DNA of 64,000 bases from Octopus vulgaris (lineage: Eukaryota), in assembly GCA_951406725.2 (NCBI GenBank), contig OX597828.1:72602001-72666000 (forward strand), given 5' to 3'. Position 1 is the stretch's first letter. The number at the start of each line of letters is the position of its first letter. Below are positions 13,092-27,839 of this stretch, piece after piece. Both the position numbers and the translations under genes were made by a program. The notes under the pieces are model-generated. The model made no database searches and had not been told where the DNA came from. It saw only the letters and a list, made by a program, of their open reading frames with translations.

Positions 13092-13410
13092 TCTCTTTTT
13101 ATCACAGGTTTTGTGGGAAATCCTGGAATCTTACATGCGTAGCCGGCTTACTACCTGCAGCCTACAGTACTATGCTATTCGTTCTTTTCAGCTATCTAAT
13201 ACTTCTCTGGTTATTCCAGCCGTCCCGAGGAGGCACACCTTTTGTAACAGTTCTTGCTGGGCACTCTATTTCAATTTCCTTTATATTCCTCTTAATACCT
13301 TCTGATACTGTTCCCAAGGACCCAACAATAATTGGCCCTATCTTCACTTCCATTTTCCACAGCTATTTCGTTCTTATCTATCTTTTCACCTTCCTTTTTG
13401 ACCATTCGTG
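13091..13410 (-). mobile_element. Second, different R4/Dong-like 3' end in (TAA)n
   Basis: Translates to LWKMEVKIGPIIVGSLGTV..LLQKVCLLGTAGITREVL. Confidence 0.8.
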
Positions 13411-13452
<42 letters not shown>

Positions 13453-13632
13453 GAGTGAGAGAGCAATGCATGCCATCAAAGTGGCACCGGGGTGCAAATA
13501 TACGGATCCTAATACACCCATCATGACACCCAGCTAAGAGTACACTTGGCACATGCATGACAACCATATGTATGTGATATGGTGATCTCATATCAAGATA
13601 AATAGCGCATGACCTTGCAGGCGGGGCCCAGG
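13453..13632 (-). mobile_element. Third repeat 3' end abutting (TAA)n
   Basis: Non-microsatellite block directly after (TTA)n; no coding motif recognised. Confidence 0.4.
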
Positions 13633-14264
13633 GAATATTGAAACAGTCGATCACGATAGGATCAAAAAATGGATCTTAAAATGTATGTAAACTTTCCAAG
13701 AAAAGACACGGCGGAAGAATTGCTGGCCGTTAAAGGGTTTAGAGAAAGGTAGAAGAAATACAAGTATTTAATGGAATGGGGAAGGGAGACTATGAGCTTC
13801 AGTTACTGGTGATATCTGCTGCAGATATTCAGGTATGAGAGGTGAGTGGGGATGGGTGGAGTAGAATGTGTGGATTGTTCTTTTGTAAAAGCGAAAGAAA
13901 GAAATCAAACAACCAAAAGACAAACACTCTTCCACCAAAATTGAATTATTTTTCAAAAAGGAAACATTGTTGCATTGTTGACCAAAATATTGTAATGAAT
14001 CGAATACACCATTTTATTTCATAAAAATATGGCCAACACCATTTGTAATTAAATTAATGAATCTCATTTCTCGGAGCCATTCGTTGTTGTTTATGAAAAT
14101 TTCTCTATAGTAAGTTAATTACAATAGTACCGACGAGTGATAACAAAGACTGCACATCGCTGACGACGGTCCTTCAGTTTCTCTAAGATCTGTGAAAGAA
14201 TTCGGGAAGTTGTGCCTTCAACCAGGCCTTTCGCCCACTTTTGTCAAACCGTTAAGTTACGCCA

Positions 14265-15118
<854 letters not shown>

Positions 15119-15646
15119 ATATATATATGATGTGTGTGTGTGTGTCTGTGTATGATCGGCTTGTGGTTATAGTAGAAGACATTTGCCCAAGGTGCTACGC
15201 AGTGGGACTGAACCTGGGACCATATGGTTTGGAAGCAAACTTCTTACCACACAGCCACACCTACGCCTAAGTTTTCATAGTCTGTAATAGCTTTCCCTGA
15301 GTAAATAAGCCGGTTAAAAATAGACGACGTGATCATAATACAAAGTTGATTTCGAAAAACAAAAAGTAATAAAAATAAGTAGATAAATATAAATCAAATT
15401 AAAATCAAAGATTATTAAATATGTCATCTGCTCTACGATATTTACTCGGTTTTCAAACTCAATGGAATTATGATGCACCATAACGTTATAGATGTTGAAA
15501 TTGCCTTTTGGCAAAACAGTCTACATTTGTTGTTCAGTGGATATGAAATGCTTCTTTTTTTTAATGGACAATGAGCCGAACGTATTCCATTTAAATTACT
15601 AAAAGTAAAGAGAAAGAGGGAGAGATAAATAGATAGATAAATAGAC

Positions 15647-15681
<35 letters not shown>

Positions 15682-16109
15682 GAGAGCTGGATGGAGGAGA
15701 GAAGGTAAGAGAGAGATGGAAAGCGAGAGAGAGTGTGAGGATAAAAGAGAGAGAGAGGAGGACTTGGCGATGTAATATCTCAACCAGGGATTGGCAAATT
15801 ATAGTTAAGAATACTACAAGACACGCTCTCTGCATCGACACCAAACGAGGAAGTTATTGGTGAGCAGTGATTGGTTGCTTTTGCAGTAGGGAGATGTAAT
15901 CTTTTCACATAAGAATAAATTACCACCATGTTTCTGCGTTCTAACCGAAACGTAAATAAGGAAAAATGGCGTATATAATTATATTTGAAATGTCTGTAAT
16001 ATGTATTTCTAGTTTTGGCACTGGGCCAGCAATTTTAAGAAGATGGCGAAGTCGATTAAATTGAACCAGTACTCATTTTCGACTACGAAACAATGAAACG
16101 CAAAGCTGA

Positions 16110-16327
16110 CTTCGGCCGTGTGGCTAAGAGGGTTGCTTTGCATCCGTGTGGTTTCGGGTTCAGTCCCACTGTGCGGCACTTTGGGAAAATGCTTTCTACT
16201 ATAGCCCCACGTAGATTTAAGTTTTGTGAGTGAATTTGGTAGACGGAAAGTGTGTGGAAGTCCGTGATGCACGCGCACGCACACATACATCATTTATATG
16301 TATATATATATTTGTGTGTGTGTGTGA

Positions 16328-16359
<32 letters not shown>

Positions 16360-16598
16360 GAATGGGTGTATATATATGTATGTGTGTGTGTGTGGATATG
16401 TTTGTCCCTCACCATTGCCTGACGACTGCTGTTGATTTGTTTACATCTCATACCTTAGCGGTTCAGCAAAAGAGATCGTTAAAATAAGAAGCAGACATTA
16501 AAATAAGTATTAGTGTCGATCTACCCGACTAAAACTGCTGATGACGGTGCCCCAGCGTGGCCACAGTTCAATGACTTAAACAAATAAACGATAAAAGA
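16110..16598 (+). mobile_element. SINE family A (diverged)
   Basis: Similar to the other family A copies. Confidence 0.75.
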
Positions 16599-18724
16599 TC
16601 ATTTAGTTCCTTATGCTACACTAAATATACACTGAAATCTCCACAGAAGAGAATATCTAGGCACGGATTATGCAAATGAGTTACGTTAAGGACTTTGATT
16701 AACAAACAACCGATTGGTTGTTTAACCAGCTTATCAAGCAAACGATCGATTTATTAGTTGGTTAGATATTTAACCAAATGACTAACAATAAAGAAGTGAT
16801 ATTGAACCAGTGCGTGTGGATACTAATACTGGCAAAATGACCCTCCCAAGACACACCAGTTTTCGTTATGGCTTGGACTGTATTTACGGAAAGCTTATAT
16901 TAATGAAATGGTTGACGTATGATTGTAGCAAAGCATTAAAGTTGTAGAAGCTAAAATGATGAAGTTCTTCTTAAGAAGATAACCAATTCTGTTCTCGAGG
17001 CTGTGGTATATATTTAAAATTTCCACTGCAGAGGGAGTGTCTAAGGAGAGATTATGTAAAACAGTTGTGGTGGTCTTATCTCCAGTGTAAATGGACAACT
17101 TACAGAAATGAAATTGTGAAAGGTTATTAACCGTAAGATTGTGTATGAGAAGTGGGAGAGAGGGTGGGAGAGAAGGGGGAAGAGGGGGAGAGAGGGGAGG
17201 AGAGAGAGAGGGGAGAGAAAGAAGAGGGAAAGGGAGGCCCAGGGAAACAGTATGAGGGGAGAGAGAGACAGGGAGAGAGGAAGGGAAAAAGAGAGAGAGA
17301 GGAGGTGGAAGAAAGCGGGATAGAGATAGATATAGAGAGACGGAAAGAGAGAGGGAGGGAGAGTATGGTGTATATGAGTGGGAGAATGAGAGAGAGAGAG
17401 AGAATAGAATTTATTATTTGCTTTTTGTTAAAAATGAACCCCAACTCTGCCAACGCCAAAATCGTAAAGACTAAAAAATGGTTTCATAATTCTTCACACG
17501 GTTACTCTTACACCAAACCTCAGATATTCCGGTTATGAGAAGCAAAAATTAACTCTTAGAACCAGCATTTCATTATGAAATCCTTTCCTACAAATTAACT
17601 AATTACAATGTGGTAGAGGAGAACTTTCTCGAATACATCTCTTGTTGAATCGTAGTTATTAGCTAATTAATATATAAACAATTTTTCTTTTTTACCCTGC
17701 TTAATTAATAGTCGCTTCATTAAGGCGTATCTAACTGCTACTAATGTAATGTGTTTTCATCACATATAGAAAATATTTGGCTGTAAGGAAGTCGATAATA
17801 AGGATATTGAATCAATGATGTCGAAGAATCGTACTGTTATGGAAGCTGGTTCGTTAGCAAGCAAATGGAAAGAGAAAAGTGTTGCTTGAAATGTTTGTAG
17901 CAAAAGCTCGGCAAAGCTCGGCCTCATTATCCATATTAGGCGTTCATTGTCAATGGTAATATTTTCCAGCTCCATCGTATATAAAATTACACTCACGTTA
18001 CAGAGGAGAAAATGGCGGCGGCCACGGTGATATTTTAGGTCGATTAGATGGAAAGTGAGAAATAAGGTTATAACAAAAGGTGAACGCGAGACAAGATAAT
18101 GGAAACTACACACAAAATACTGAGAAGAAAAATTGAGGAAGGTGGGGGTGAGGTGGGGGGCAGTGATGGGGAGAAGTAAAGAGAAAAAGAAAGAAAGATA
18201 AATATGCAGATAGTGTAGGTAGACCTGAAGGTAATCCATTGTTTCATTTGTCCTATTTACCCGATCGCCAATCAACGCTTTACTAAATATCACGTGACTT
18301 CCCTTGCAGCCGATAATGAATAAATTCATAAACTGATGGTTTATCTTGAGATATCAGAGGAAGTTAGTTATACGTAATTAGCAGTTATGAAAATTAGATA
18401 ATTAATTACAACGACAATAATAACAACACGATATTAATAATCTAATTTGTTACGTTTTTTTTTCTTTTTCTTATACAAACAAAATTATTTCAGAATAAGA
18501 AACAACCCTGTTCTGCTTTAAACATCCATTATTAAATGAATACTTTGCATTTGTTGTAATTAACAACTAATTTTCCAAACACCAAATTATCTCTCATTAA
18601 AATCGACCTAAAATATTTCCAATAAGTCTTTGATTTATGATCTCCGAAAGATGAACGGTAACTATGTTTCTTGTTGTATATCAAGGAATTCAATTTTTGA
18701 CACAGGGCTAACAATTTCGGGAAG

Positions 18725-19390
18725 GAAGTAAGTCGATTACATCGGCCCCAGTACTCAACCGGTACTTACTTTATCGACCCCATATGGACGAAAGGTAAAA
18801 ATCGACCTCGGCAGAATTTGAACTCAGTGCTTGTTTGGTACTTTTTTTATTGACTCTGAAAAGAGGAAAGGCAAAGTCAACCTCAACGGAAGTTGAACTC
18901 AGAACGCAAAGACGGACGAAATGCCACTAAGCATTTTGCCCGGCGTGCTAACGATTGTGCCAGTTTACCGCCTTAGACCTACATTTATACCGGTTTCAAA
19001 TTTTGTCACGGGGAGGGGGCGAATCGATTACATCATCTCCAGTCCCCAGCTGATACTTATTTTATCAACTACGAAAGGATGAAAGGCAAAGTCGACCCCG
19101 GTGGAATTTGAACTCAGAACATAAAGACGGACAAGTATTTTGCCCGTCGTGCTTACGATTCTGCCGGCTCACCGCCTCTCTACTGGAAGCACATGGTCTC
19201 ATATTTTGGAGGAAGGGAAAAAGTCGTTTACATCGACCCCAGTGCGTAACTGGTACTTATTTAATCGACCCCGAAAGGATGAAAGGCAAAGTCGACCTCG
19301 GCGGAATTTGAACTCAGAACGTAGCGGCAGGCGAAATACGGCTACGCATCTCGCCCGGCGTGCCAACGATTCTGCCAGCTTGCCGCCCTC
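18725..19390 (-). mobile_element. Tandem cluster of ~4 SINE family B copies or fragments
   Basis: Repeated GAAAGGCAAAGTCGACCTCGGCGGAATTTGAACTCAGAAC; other copies at ~12410, 29780, 33360, 34610 and 61095. Confidence 0.85.
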
Positions 19391-19738
19391 ATTATTGTTT
19401 ATAATCATAATAAATATATTACAAAACACATACAAGTAGACGTATACATGGACACACAGACAGAGATAAGCACAAAACACACACACACACACAACACCTG
19501 CGTTTACGCACACACACCACACACATACAACACACACTCATATAACAAACACACACACACATAAGACACACACACACACACACACACATGCTATATTTTT
19601 TTCTTAGTGAATTTTCCCGTTTATGTCAGGTGTAGCAGAAACAAAAGTAGTGGACCTCAGAAGAATTTGAACTCGGGGTGTTAAGAATCAGAAGAAATGT
19701 CTAAAGGAATGCGTTCGATGCTTTAACAATCCACCCAA

Positions 19739-19773
<35 letters not shown>

Positions 19774-20374
19774 TCAGCAACGACGACGTCGATAGCGAAA
19801 TACCAACCCTGCTGTCCGATGCTGTTCTCTCAGAGATGAAATTCTGCATTTAAATTCATTTAACGTTGCTCTGCTTTCTGTATGTATAAACTGCTTTAGA
19901 ATATTTACCAAAAATAGAACTTCGAAAATAGCAACACTTGTGATCCATCTGCTCAATGTAAATCAATCCATAATACATTCCAAAGATGACCTTCCAGACG
20001 TTCCAGACGGTTCAAACAGTGTTTGCTGCAACCACTCCAGTCGATAAACATATTTTAATCATTCCACCCTCCTTTACCATTTCAAGAAGCAGAACTGAAG
20101 TTCTTTCTTCGTTTTGTTTTCAAAAATTTTTTCTTTCGTTTTTATATCATAGATTGGTGTACAATAATGTCGGTGGGTTTTATTACAACATTATCCCGCG
20201 ATAATTACTGGTTTCAGCGTATGTATGTTGGGCAGGTGGGAATGACAAGGGAGTATCTGAAACTGTCTGCAGAACAAACAGCGTAGAGGACTTCTTTCAG
20301 AAAGTACTGCGTTTTTGAGTTTCTCAACAATCTTTCAAGTTCTTCGTCAATATTTAGCGACGAAAGGCAGGCAG

Positions 20375-20444
<70 letters not shown>

Positions 20445-20545
20445 TCTTTTATGCTTTTGCACCTTTCAGCTCTTACTGGAGAATCATTTAATTTCTATTG
20501 CGCTTTAGTACTAATCGATATGGGCCAAAGAAATATTGGCGCACG

Positions 20546-20604
<59 letters not shown>

Positions 20605-20949
20605 ATACTACATATGTGTGTGTGCGTGTAACCATAACATAAATATACATTATATATATGTGTGTATATATATATATAGTTCTGCGATTTATATTTTCCA
20701 TGACAGTCACACTGAGGATTTGCAGACATCTACGCAATGTAAATGGTAACAATGAAATCTAGGTATGTCACTAATCACTACATTGTGTATCGTTTCATTT
20801 GTCTTGATCGTTTTACGTTCTGGCGTTTGCCGAATTTTCTTGAGAACAATTTTTCTTAGCGGTCAGACCATATGGGCTCTACCTTTAGCAAATTAGGTAT
20901 CCACCTAGTGGTCATTCCTTTTATATGTATATATATATATATATATATA

Positions 20950-21345
20950 CTAGCAGTATCGCCTGGCGTTGCTCGGGTTGTAAGGGAAATAACTACATAA
21001 GCATTTTTAGAGAGTTATAGCCAAAAAATAGCAAAAAAATGCATTAAAAATTGAAAAAAAAATTAAGGTAAATTTTTTTTAAAAATCGTTAACACATCGT
21101 ATATATTTTTAGAGAGTTACTTCCCTTATATAAAAGCGAAAAAAATGCATTAAAATGGAAAAATATGATGGTAAATTTTTTTAAATCGTAGACTCATCGT
21201 AGACGCGCGCTAATACCCAGAAGGGCTCGATATGAATCACGACTATAAGATACCCGCTTTTGGTTAAACTGCACCGCAAAATGTGGGAGTAGTTACGAAT
21301 CTAAATCGTAGGAGACAGATACACAACTTCACTCTTATATAAAGA
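20950..21345 (-). mobile_element. Non-autonomous Helitron
   Basis: Minus strand A|TC 5' end, subterminal GC-rich imperfect hairpin CCCGAGCAACGCCAGG, and CTAG|T 3' end. Confidence 0.8.
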
Positions 21346-22143
21346 TGCTTTTTTTTTCAGTCATAGAGTTAGATTTATGAAGGTCTTCAGTAGAAAATCC
21401 TTCGAATTCTGACTCGCTGCTTGATATAATGAAATTCGTATCCATTTTTTGTCAGAATTACAAATTTTGAAAACACAATAGGAACAAATTTCGGAAAAAA
21501 ATCTCCCATAATTCACGGAATTAAAATTACACTTCGATTTTTGTACAAAACTGTATTTGAAGTGTTTACGAAGTATAATACGTGTTTTCACGAATGTACT
21601 AAAGAGATTTACTCTGATATTCTCATTTAAATATGAATAGGTAAATTCGGGCGGTTTGGTAACGAAAGGGTTTATATAAGTGTCGTCTGTTTATACATAA
21701 ACACTGTTTCATACTTTCAGTTTAGTCTTCCTCAAATCACTCTGTCGCTATTTACCCTCTTCCAAGAACATTTTCACTCACTCTTATCTGTTAGCTTGCC
21801 ATACATTTTACTCATGTATCTATCAGCGTGATAGACAGAAACAAATATTACATCTAGTTTCACTTTATTCGTTGCACACTGTGTGTGTGCGTTTGCGTGT
21901 GCTGTAAACCAGACTAAGAAAAGCATTTGACATACACACCAGAATGTGAGTTTTCTGTAAATTTTGCTTAATTGGAGTTTAAATTTTAAAAACTGGACCT
22001 GGCAAAACCCGATGCATTCTACTCTTAAAAATGCTAGGTAAATTGTAATTGAAGAAATCCTATATTGTAGATTTCTATAACTGACAAAGGGAGGCAGATA
22101 AAATCTGCCTTTTATAATAAGAGATATATATATACACATATAC

Positions 22144-22214
<71 letters not shown>

Positions 22215-22969
22215 TATAAATATGGACAGGTATGCGCGCACTCCTTCACAGATATTTGTATGTATGTATATGTGTGTGAGTATGTGTGCAGATGTGTGTA
22301 TGTGTGTGTGTATGTGCCTTTTGTCTTAATCTCGCACATCTACCATCTACCTTTTCCCCCCGCAAAAAACACTATAAGTCCCGCAGCTACTATGGAAGAC
22401 ACTTGCCCGAGATGACCGCCCAGTCTGATCGAACCCAGCAACACGGTGAGGGGATGGTTTAGGGGTATCTGAACGAACTTTTCTTCCCCACAACCTGACG
22501 CTTCCGACCCATTTTGGTTCACAGATTACATAACACCATTGTATTTCAACGTGACTTCTGTTTGCACCAATTCCTCATGTTGTGGCTGGAATTCTAAAGA
22601 CTAAAGTGCTTAACAAAGTACATTATTCCAATCGAAATGGAAACGGAAGTGGGAGAAACGTGCTTTACCAAATTTTTAAATATTAAAGTTTAATGTTCTC
22701 GCACAAACAAGCACAGACAGAGAAACACACACATATTCACATGCATACTGACATATACATATACGTATACACACGCACACAAATACAGACGCACTCACAC
22801 ATTAATATATACACACACGCGCACATACACATGTGCATACACATGGAAGTTTCTGTCTCTTCAACACATTTTTGTTGATAAATAGATTACAGAATATTTC
22901 CGCTAATTGTCTGTCTGCCACATAAATACCGAACTAACATATGTGCATTTGGATATTGGAAGCTTACTG

Positions 22970-23024
<55 letters not shown>

Positions 23025-24087
23025 TTTGTATGTATGCATATATGTATGTATGTATGCATGTGTGTGTTTGCATATATATATATATATATATGTATGTATA
23101 TAAATATACATATATATATGCACAAATACATATGTATATGCATATAAATATATACATATATAAACACATAAACACGAATATATATATATATATATGGATA
23201 CACACACACACATATATTTATAAGTGTTTTTCTACGTAAGGACATTACTGTGTGTCTGTCTCCTTATCTGCTTATATATACACACACATATATACATCTA
23301 CTTACAGATATGCATACAAATATACGTTAGAAACACATTACCATATATTTGTGTGTGCACCTATGTGTGTGTGTCTGTTTGTGTGTGTCTTTGTGTCTGG
23401 TATGCGTGTGTGTGTGTGTCTGTGTGTGAGTGTATTGTTTTTCCTGTTCTCTGATCATTTTATCCATCCATTAACACTTGTTTCGGCCTGTTACAGCGCC
23501 ACACTCTCGATCACTTCCCCTCCACACTCCATCCGTTTTCCAGTCATTTTCTCTCACTCACAAATATAGTAACAGTTAAAAACAACCTTTCTCCTAGTTC
23601 AGATATTCTTCAGGCATATTTGAACCTGTAAAAAAAGCTATTCACTCTATTTAGCACGAAGAAAAATTTTCACTCTAGACAAATAAATACAGAAGGTCAG
23701 TTACAACATCAATTTCGGGGTGTTTATCTTCTCCTCTGCAGCAGAGCCCGGAAATGAGACCGCTGCGACCTGACACAGGTCTTTCTTATGTCATTTCAGT
23801 TATAGTTCAATGAATGGTGGCGCTATTCAGCGACGCACTGTAAATGAAATACTGGGTGACAGTGGAAAGCACTGATGTACATAAATACAAACTACTTAAC
23901 AGTTCAAATATGCTTGAGGCAAATTCGAACTCGTAACAAAGTCATTCACAGAAGTTTGTGAAAGGGAAATGTTCTCGCTGTGGATAAATAGGTGCAAATA
24001 CGACAGTAGGTTCCTAATCCATTCCTTTCTTTCTAACTTTCTTTCATCCTTTCATCCTTTCTTTCATCCTTTCTTCCTGTCTTCCTC

Positions 24088-24150
<63 letters not shown>

Positions 24151-24382
24151 GTCTGTCTGTCTGTCTGCTCTCCGTCTAGTTATAGCTATTAAAATCAAGA
24201 GGCCAGCAAGTATCGAGGCGGTACGAAAGTAGAGAGTTGAGTCAGTCAAAAATAGGCAAACCCGAATATCGCTTCAGGTTCAGTCCCACCGTTTGGCACC
24301 TTGGGCAAGTGTCAGCCTTGGGTCGAGCAAAGCCTTGTGGATGCATTTGGTAGACAGGAAATGAAAGAAGCCCATGGTATAA

Positions 24383-24444
<62 letters not shown>

Positions 24445-24447
<3 letters not shown>

Positions 24448-24635
24448 TCGCCATGATAGATCGTTAACCACTACACACATTGTTTTCTCTCCTTGCTTTT
24501 TCTGTGTCCCTTTCTGTAGAAGAGCGTAGGCTCGAAATGTAAAAGACTTTTTGTATTCCTGAGCGTTAGGCTAATACATCTGTTTGTTTTGTACACCACC
24601 TGTCTTCGTCTTTTGTTTTTTTCTTCGTAAACTCT

Positions 24636-24638
<3 letters not shown>
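24445..24638 (+). mobile_element. Solo 3' tail of the Neptune-like PLE family, nested in a SINE A microsatellite
   Basis: Homologous to the reverse complement of 3691-3900; ends at (TA)n. Confidence 0.85.
24510..24545 (+). ncRNA. Minimal hammerhead variant (CUGUAGA core)
   Basis: CTTT CTGTAGA A GAGC-GTAG-GCTC GAA ATGT A AAAG. Confidence 0.55.
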
Positions 24639-24675
<37 letters not shown>

Positions 24676-25769
24676 CGCTTGTCTCCACTATCATCGCTTG
24701 ACGCCCGGTGTTCGTTTGTGAGCGTCCCCATAACGTATGAACTCGGCAAAGTACCCAATAGAATAAGTACATGGCTTAAAAAATAAGGGCCGATTTGTTC
24801 AATTAAACCCCTTGAAGGCAGTTTAAAGCAGTACCCAATTATGACTGCAGGTAAGTGACTGAAACATGTAATAAAAGATAATTAAATGTGCAAACAATAA
24901 TTGAGAAGGTTGCTAATAGCAATCAAAGAGCTTTCACAAAAAAGCAAACAAATAAAAACAAAAGGGACTGATTGGTTAACCAAATTAAATAAACAATCAA
25001 ATAATTAGTTAGATATTTAACCGATCTACTAATAATAAAGGAGTTGAATTGAACCAGTGCGTGTGTAATTAATATTGGCGCAATGACTCTCCCTAGACAC
25101 AACAAAATATGCAATTTTAATTAATAAAAGTTTCTTAGCTCATTGCTTATGATATGTTAGTGGCCACTTTGCAAATGGGGCTGAATCTCGAGTGAAGGGT
25201 GAATGAATAGTTTTATGGCAGAAAAAAAACCCCAAAGAAAGGAAAAAAACTTGAGATTTATTAATCACTGCAAACCAGTCAGAACAGATATTCTGCCCGT
25301 ATATTCAGCAAGAAAACCTGATGATTGGAATATAATATTTCTGGTATCCGTCCGTCACAGATTTAATATCACCGTTCTAACCTCAGCCAAACACCTGTCT
25401 AATGTCTATCGCACACACGTCAGTTATTTAATCTGTGTTGAAACGCTACGCAATTTATCTGGCTTGAACAGTGGCATGTGTTTAATATCAGAAACATTGA
25501 ATCTAATAACAGAAACGATGAGTTAACAACAATCGGACAATATAGGGTCGATGATGCTATTCTCGTTTGAATCTCGTCGTAGATACACTACGTGAGAAGT
25601 TACTTGTGGTAAGGAACTTATTTAGTTATTTCTAGAAATGCTGTGTTTCTGTTTATGTATTTTTATGTCAGAAACGAAAAAAAGAAAAGTATTAATATTT
25701 ACATACATCAAACAATCCATTAATTGAATTCTTGATTCTGAAAACCTTATTTAAACACATGGTCTAAAT

Positions 25770-26141
25770 CAGAGGTTCTCGGTGTGTAGGCATGTCGAGA
25801 AGGCGGTGAAGTAACAAAATTTAACATAGTAAACATTACCTATAGTACTAATTATATTATGTATGATAAAACTAATAATGGTTATTAAAACTGAGATCTC
25901 ATCAGGCACAAGGAAGTCATTAACTTGCAATGCATAAAGTAAATTTACAAATTTTGTCTTTGTTAATTTTTTTTATCATTTCACTATTAAAAGCTTATAC
26001 AATCCATTTTTAGAGTAAAATTTATAGACTATCATCCATGTTAAGTTAGTTTAGTTGCGCTACTTCACTTGCCACTGAGGTGGGCTCTAGGCACAGCTAC
26101 TTAAAAGGGGACGCTGCCACAGAAATGGTTAATAACCATTG
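25770..26141. mobile_element. hAT (Charlie-like) MITE
   Basis: Imperfect TIRs CAGAGGTTCTC / AATAACCATTG; 8-bp TSD GTCTAAAT / ATCTAAAT. Confidence 0.65.
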
Positions 26142-26227
26142 ATCTAAATTATCATCAGTGCCTTTTTGTTTTTATGCATTCCATTAATACATTTATGTAT
26201 ACCCAGCTGTTATACACTGGGTACGAA

Positions 26228-27208
26228 TAGTATTTGAGGACATGTTCAGTAACTTTATAAAACAAATTTAATCTATCTAAAAACGAATGTATTTTAGTAA
26301 AAAAAAAATGTGTAAACGTTCTCGGTAAACTTTCGTATACGAATCCGTCTTCAGCTTAGATCACTGCTTCTTCAATGTGGAACCAGAATCATTGGTATTC
26401 CGGCACTAAATGGTCTATATTGCTCGTCTTGATAGCAGCAGCCTTTACTGAAGCTACGATATGAGAATGTCAATTACTCTTCCTTTCAACAACGGACCAA
26501 ACATAGAAGTCCGTTGAATTTAAATCTGGCGAGATTGGAGGACACGTACAGTGTTACGTGATTGTAAATATTGTCTGACATCCATTCTTGGGGTACGTGG
26601 ACATTGCGAGGTGCCGAGTTTAGCAGCATAAATTCACTGACCTTGTGGTAAGATATGATGTATCACGACATGACCATCGGTACCCACTACTCCTAAAACC
26701 GTCTCATTTGCCCGGAATTTAGTGTGTATCACTCTGTGGGGTTCAGAAAAAAGTCTGCTGAAAACCACCTATCATTTGTCTGTTTGACCTTTGGTATTAG
26801 TCGAGGTTTTTCTCATTACAGAAGAACCAACGCATGCAATGTTCCCAAGGGTTTTCAACTTGCTCAGCAACAATTTGGCACATATCAAATGATTTCTCTG
26901 TGCCTTTGTAGACATGAATTGGCTTTACATTGTACCTACAACTGGTGTGAAATGTCCTTATGCACAACAGTTCTGACAGTCCACTGTTGACACCTTAAGT
27001 TCTTTAGCAATGGCCCTCAACAATTTTACAGATGGATAATTTCACCGTTGGATGAATTGCGTTTTGCAAACGTGGCAACAATTACTGAATGCCTTTTCAT
27101 TTCTTTTATTAGCATTGTATTTGCTATAGGGGATCAGAAAGAAAAAAAACAACTTTTAATTGATCTGAAGAGAGGAATATACTGATAATAAAGTGTCCTC
27201 AAATACTG
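26228..27208 (-). mobile_element. Decayed Tc1-like transposon
   Basis: TIRs AGTATTTGAGGACA / TGTCCTCAAATACT; PPISPDLN motif at ~26515-26541. Confidence 0.7.
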
Positions 27209-27432
27209 CTCTCATTTGAATGCAGTGAAGCAGATTCATGTAATTACATAAACAAAGAAACACAAAATTGTACGTGTAAAAGTACATGATTCACTACATT
27301 TACGAATGAGTGAAAATCTCTATAAAATAAAGGTAAGAAAACTAAAATGTATTAGTTTCACTTTTGTAACTAATACATACATACATACATACATACATAC
27401 ATACATACATACATGTGTGTGTCTATGTATGT

Positions 27433-27624
27433 CTTTTATTCTTTTATTCGTTTCAGTTATTTGACTGAGGCCATGCTGGAGCACCGCCTTTAGTCGAACA
27501 AATCAACTTATTCTTTGTAAGCCTAGTACTTATTCTATCGGTTTCCTTTTGCCGAACTGCTAAGTTACGGGACATAAACACACCAGCATCGGTTGTCAAG
27601 CAATGTTGGGGGGGGGGGGACAAA

Positions 27625-27665
<41 letters not shown>

Positions 27666-27839
27666 CACATATACTCGATGGGCTTCTTTTAGTTTCCGTC
27701 TACCAAATCCACTCACAAGGCTTTAGTCAGCCCGAGGCTATAGTAGAAGACACTTTCCCACGGTGCCACGCGGTGGGACTGAACCCGGAACCATGTGGCT
27801 GGTTAGCAAGCTACTTACCACGCAACCACTCCTGCGCCT
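27433..27839 (-). mobile_element. SINE family A, full length
   Basis: Head and tail intact. Confidence 0.9.

Noticed and set aside
17760-18329. 189-aa ORF as a host gene
   Set aside because: No recognisable motif and no splice or codon support
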